Part shown: positions 62,588-64,000 of the stretch, one piece after another
Position numbering within the stretch: the stretch's first letter is position 1
Layout: every line of letters starts with the position of its first letter
Program-made: the position numbers and the translations under genes
NCBI GenBank assembly: GCA_052168235.1
Contig: JBQLZK010000005.1
Coordinates: 107,018 to 171,017, forward strand
Source of the DNA: Thainema sp.
Lineage (GTDB): Bacteria > Cyanobacteriota > Cyanobacteriia > Phormidesmidales > Phormidesmidaceae
DNA length: 64,000 nt
Reading direction: 5' to 3'
The notes under the pieces: generated by a model
What the model was told of the DNA's origin: nothing
The model's input: the letters and a program-made list of their open reading frames with translations, nothing else
The model's database searches: none

Positions 62588-64000
62588 ATGCGGCACCAGC
62601 AGTTCAGCCATTGGCAGACAGGACTACTTGGCAGTGCGATCGCAGTTCCCTTCGCTCTTTCAATGCTTGCTCTGCCTGTCTTCGGCCAGTCTGCTGAGCC
62701 GCCTGACTCAGAGCAGGAGATTGACTCGACGATCGAACTGGACATGGAATCGAACGGAGAGATAGAACCTGAGCCTGAACTGGATGCCGCCACAGAGCCT
62801 GCATTTGATCCGGATGTCGATGAGACGAATGCCGAACTGTTACCCGATGAATCGTTAGCCGAAGCGCCTGCCATTGTGCCCAGCGTCGCAACCATTTTGC
62901 CTGCGGACGTGGCGGCAGTCATCCTGCTCAGTACCCAGGAAGAACAGTGGCAGTCTCTGTTGCAATATCAAATGGTTCGCCTATTTGAGGAAAGCTTTGG
63001 CGCTGTGCCCCTAAATCCCGGCAGTCTCAGCTTTGTGCCCTATCAAGTGGATTATGAAACTGCGATCGCACCTTGGATTGGCGACTACGCGGCTACGGTA
63101 ATCATGCCTGCTCGTCCCAATAGCGAAGCGACTATTGCCAAAAACAGCATGATGGTCGCTCCGGTAACGGATGCCAGCGCTATCCCACAGTTTCTCGATG
63201 CTATTCGGGCGACGCGGGATGAACTCCCGACGGAGATGACCTATCGCGGTATTCCCATTCTGGCCTGGGCAGAAATCGCGCCAAGCTTTCCACAGGAAGA
63301 GTTTGAGCCTATTCCATCTGAACCAAGCTCGGTGCCGCTGCCTGTAGTGCCGCCAGATCCGCAACCCTCCAGTGATTTGCCTGAGAACAACGTGCCAACC
63401 CTAGAAGCTCACGACGCATCTCCGGATTGGGAAATTGCCGATGCTGATGTTGTTGAACCCGACACGAATCGACCGTCCATCGTCAAAATTGAAGTAGAGG
63501 TCGATGGTGAGGTGATCACGGTCAAGACAACAGAATCGGGAAGTCGCCCATTTGAGCTAGATTTGCCGGATGGATTGGAAACTCAAATTCAGGGATTAGA
63601 AGAACTTGAATCCTCTGAAATGGAACCACCTCCAGTCGAACCGTTCGGCATAGAACCCTTTGAACCGGGTTCTCCAGAGATCGAAACAGGCGAAGATTTT
63701 CCCTTGGATGAGAGCACTCTGCCGCCAATTCCGGGACTTGCGATCGCAGTTCTACCCGATTTTATCGCCCTCGCCGCCTCCCCCGAACCCATCCAGCAGT
63801 GGCTCGACAACCCTGTCACCCACACATTCGGCGTCGAATCTGCGATCGCACCCCCAACACCAGCAAATCCGACCACAGACGCTCTAGCTCCTAACTCTAC
63901 CCCCCTGCCCCCCACCTCCCCTACTCCCTCCGACTCCCTACCCCCCAACTCCCTAACCCCCGACTCCCTAACCCCCGACTCCCAAACTTCCAACTCTGCA
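62588..64000 (+). CDS. Large acidic exported protein (DUF3352-like), partial; runs off the window
   Basis: GAGGAG RBS, signal peptide, then ILPAD...DYETAIAPWIGD; absent from the ORF track, consistent with no stop inside the window. Confidence 0.65.
   Translation, partial: MRHQQFSHWQTGLLGSAIAVPFALSMLALPVFGQSAEPPDSEQEIDSTIELDMESNGEIEPEPELDAATEPAFDPDVDETNAELLPDESLAEAPAIVPSVATILPADVAAVILLSTQEEQWQSLLQYQMVRLFEESFGAVPLNPGSLSFVPYQVDYETAIAPWIGDYAATVIMPARPNSEATIAKNSMMVAPVTDASAIPQFLDAIRATRDELPTEMTYRGIPILAWAEIAPSFPQEEFEPIPSEPSSVPLPVVPPDPQPSSDLPENNVPTLEAHDASPDWEIADADVVEPDTNRPSIVKIEVEVDGEVITVKTTESGSRPFELDLPDGLETQIQGLEELESSEMEPPPVEPFGIEPFEPGSPEIETGEDFPLDESTLPPIPGLAIAVLPDFIALAASPEPIQQWLDNPVTHTFGVESAIAPPTPANPTTDALAPNSTPLPPTSPTPSDSLPPNSLTPDSLTPDSQTSNSA
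63924..63996 (+). repeat. 15-bp tandem repeat within CDS
   Basis: CTCCCTAACCCCCGA-like units encoding SLTPD-like pentapeptides. Confidence 0.7.

Noticed and set aside
63589..63993. Minus-strand 134-aa ORF with GVRES repeats
   Set aside because: Antisense shadow of the + strand repeat-containing CDS.

Overview
Cyanobacterial chromosomal DNA: dense HIP1 GCGATCGC sites, psbN/psbH, ndhH and a phycobiliprotein lyase. It is probably from a filamentous strain. About 60 CDS, mostly housekeeping (amyA, ndhH, glk, rpsP-khpA-phoH, tatA, pth, cysC, aroA, aroK, argB, aspS, htpX, an HtrA protease), plus a general-stress-type cluster at about 53.7-61.2 kb. No rRNA, tRNA, CRISPR array, transposase or prophage was recognised, but several families of short palindromic REP/MITE-like elements are present. 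Best leads: (1) a small basic ORF (25048-25296) with a 32-bp hairpin inside its 3' coding region, the architecture of non-stop-mRNA-regulated ribosome rescue factors (ArfA/BrfA); (2) two divergent, unannotated structured-RNA candidates upstream of a homospermidine-synthase-like gene; (3) a GH3 amide ligase + AspH/LpxO-type hydroxylase operon; (4) a GAF + DUF3891 pair with an HD-like signature; (5) a 106-bp element that inserted with a TTAG duplication and rewrote a protein C-terminus. All product calls come from motif recognition by eye; no database searches were run.
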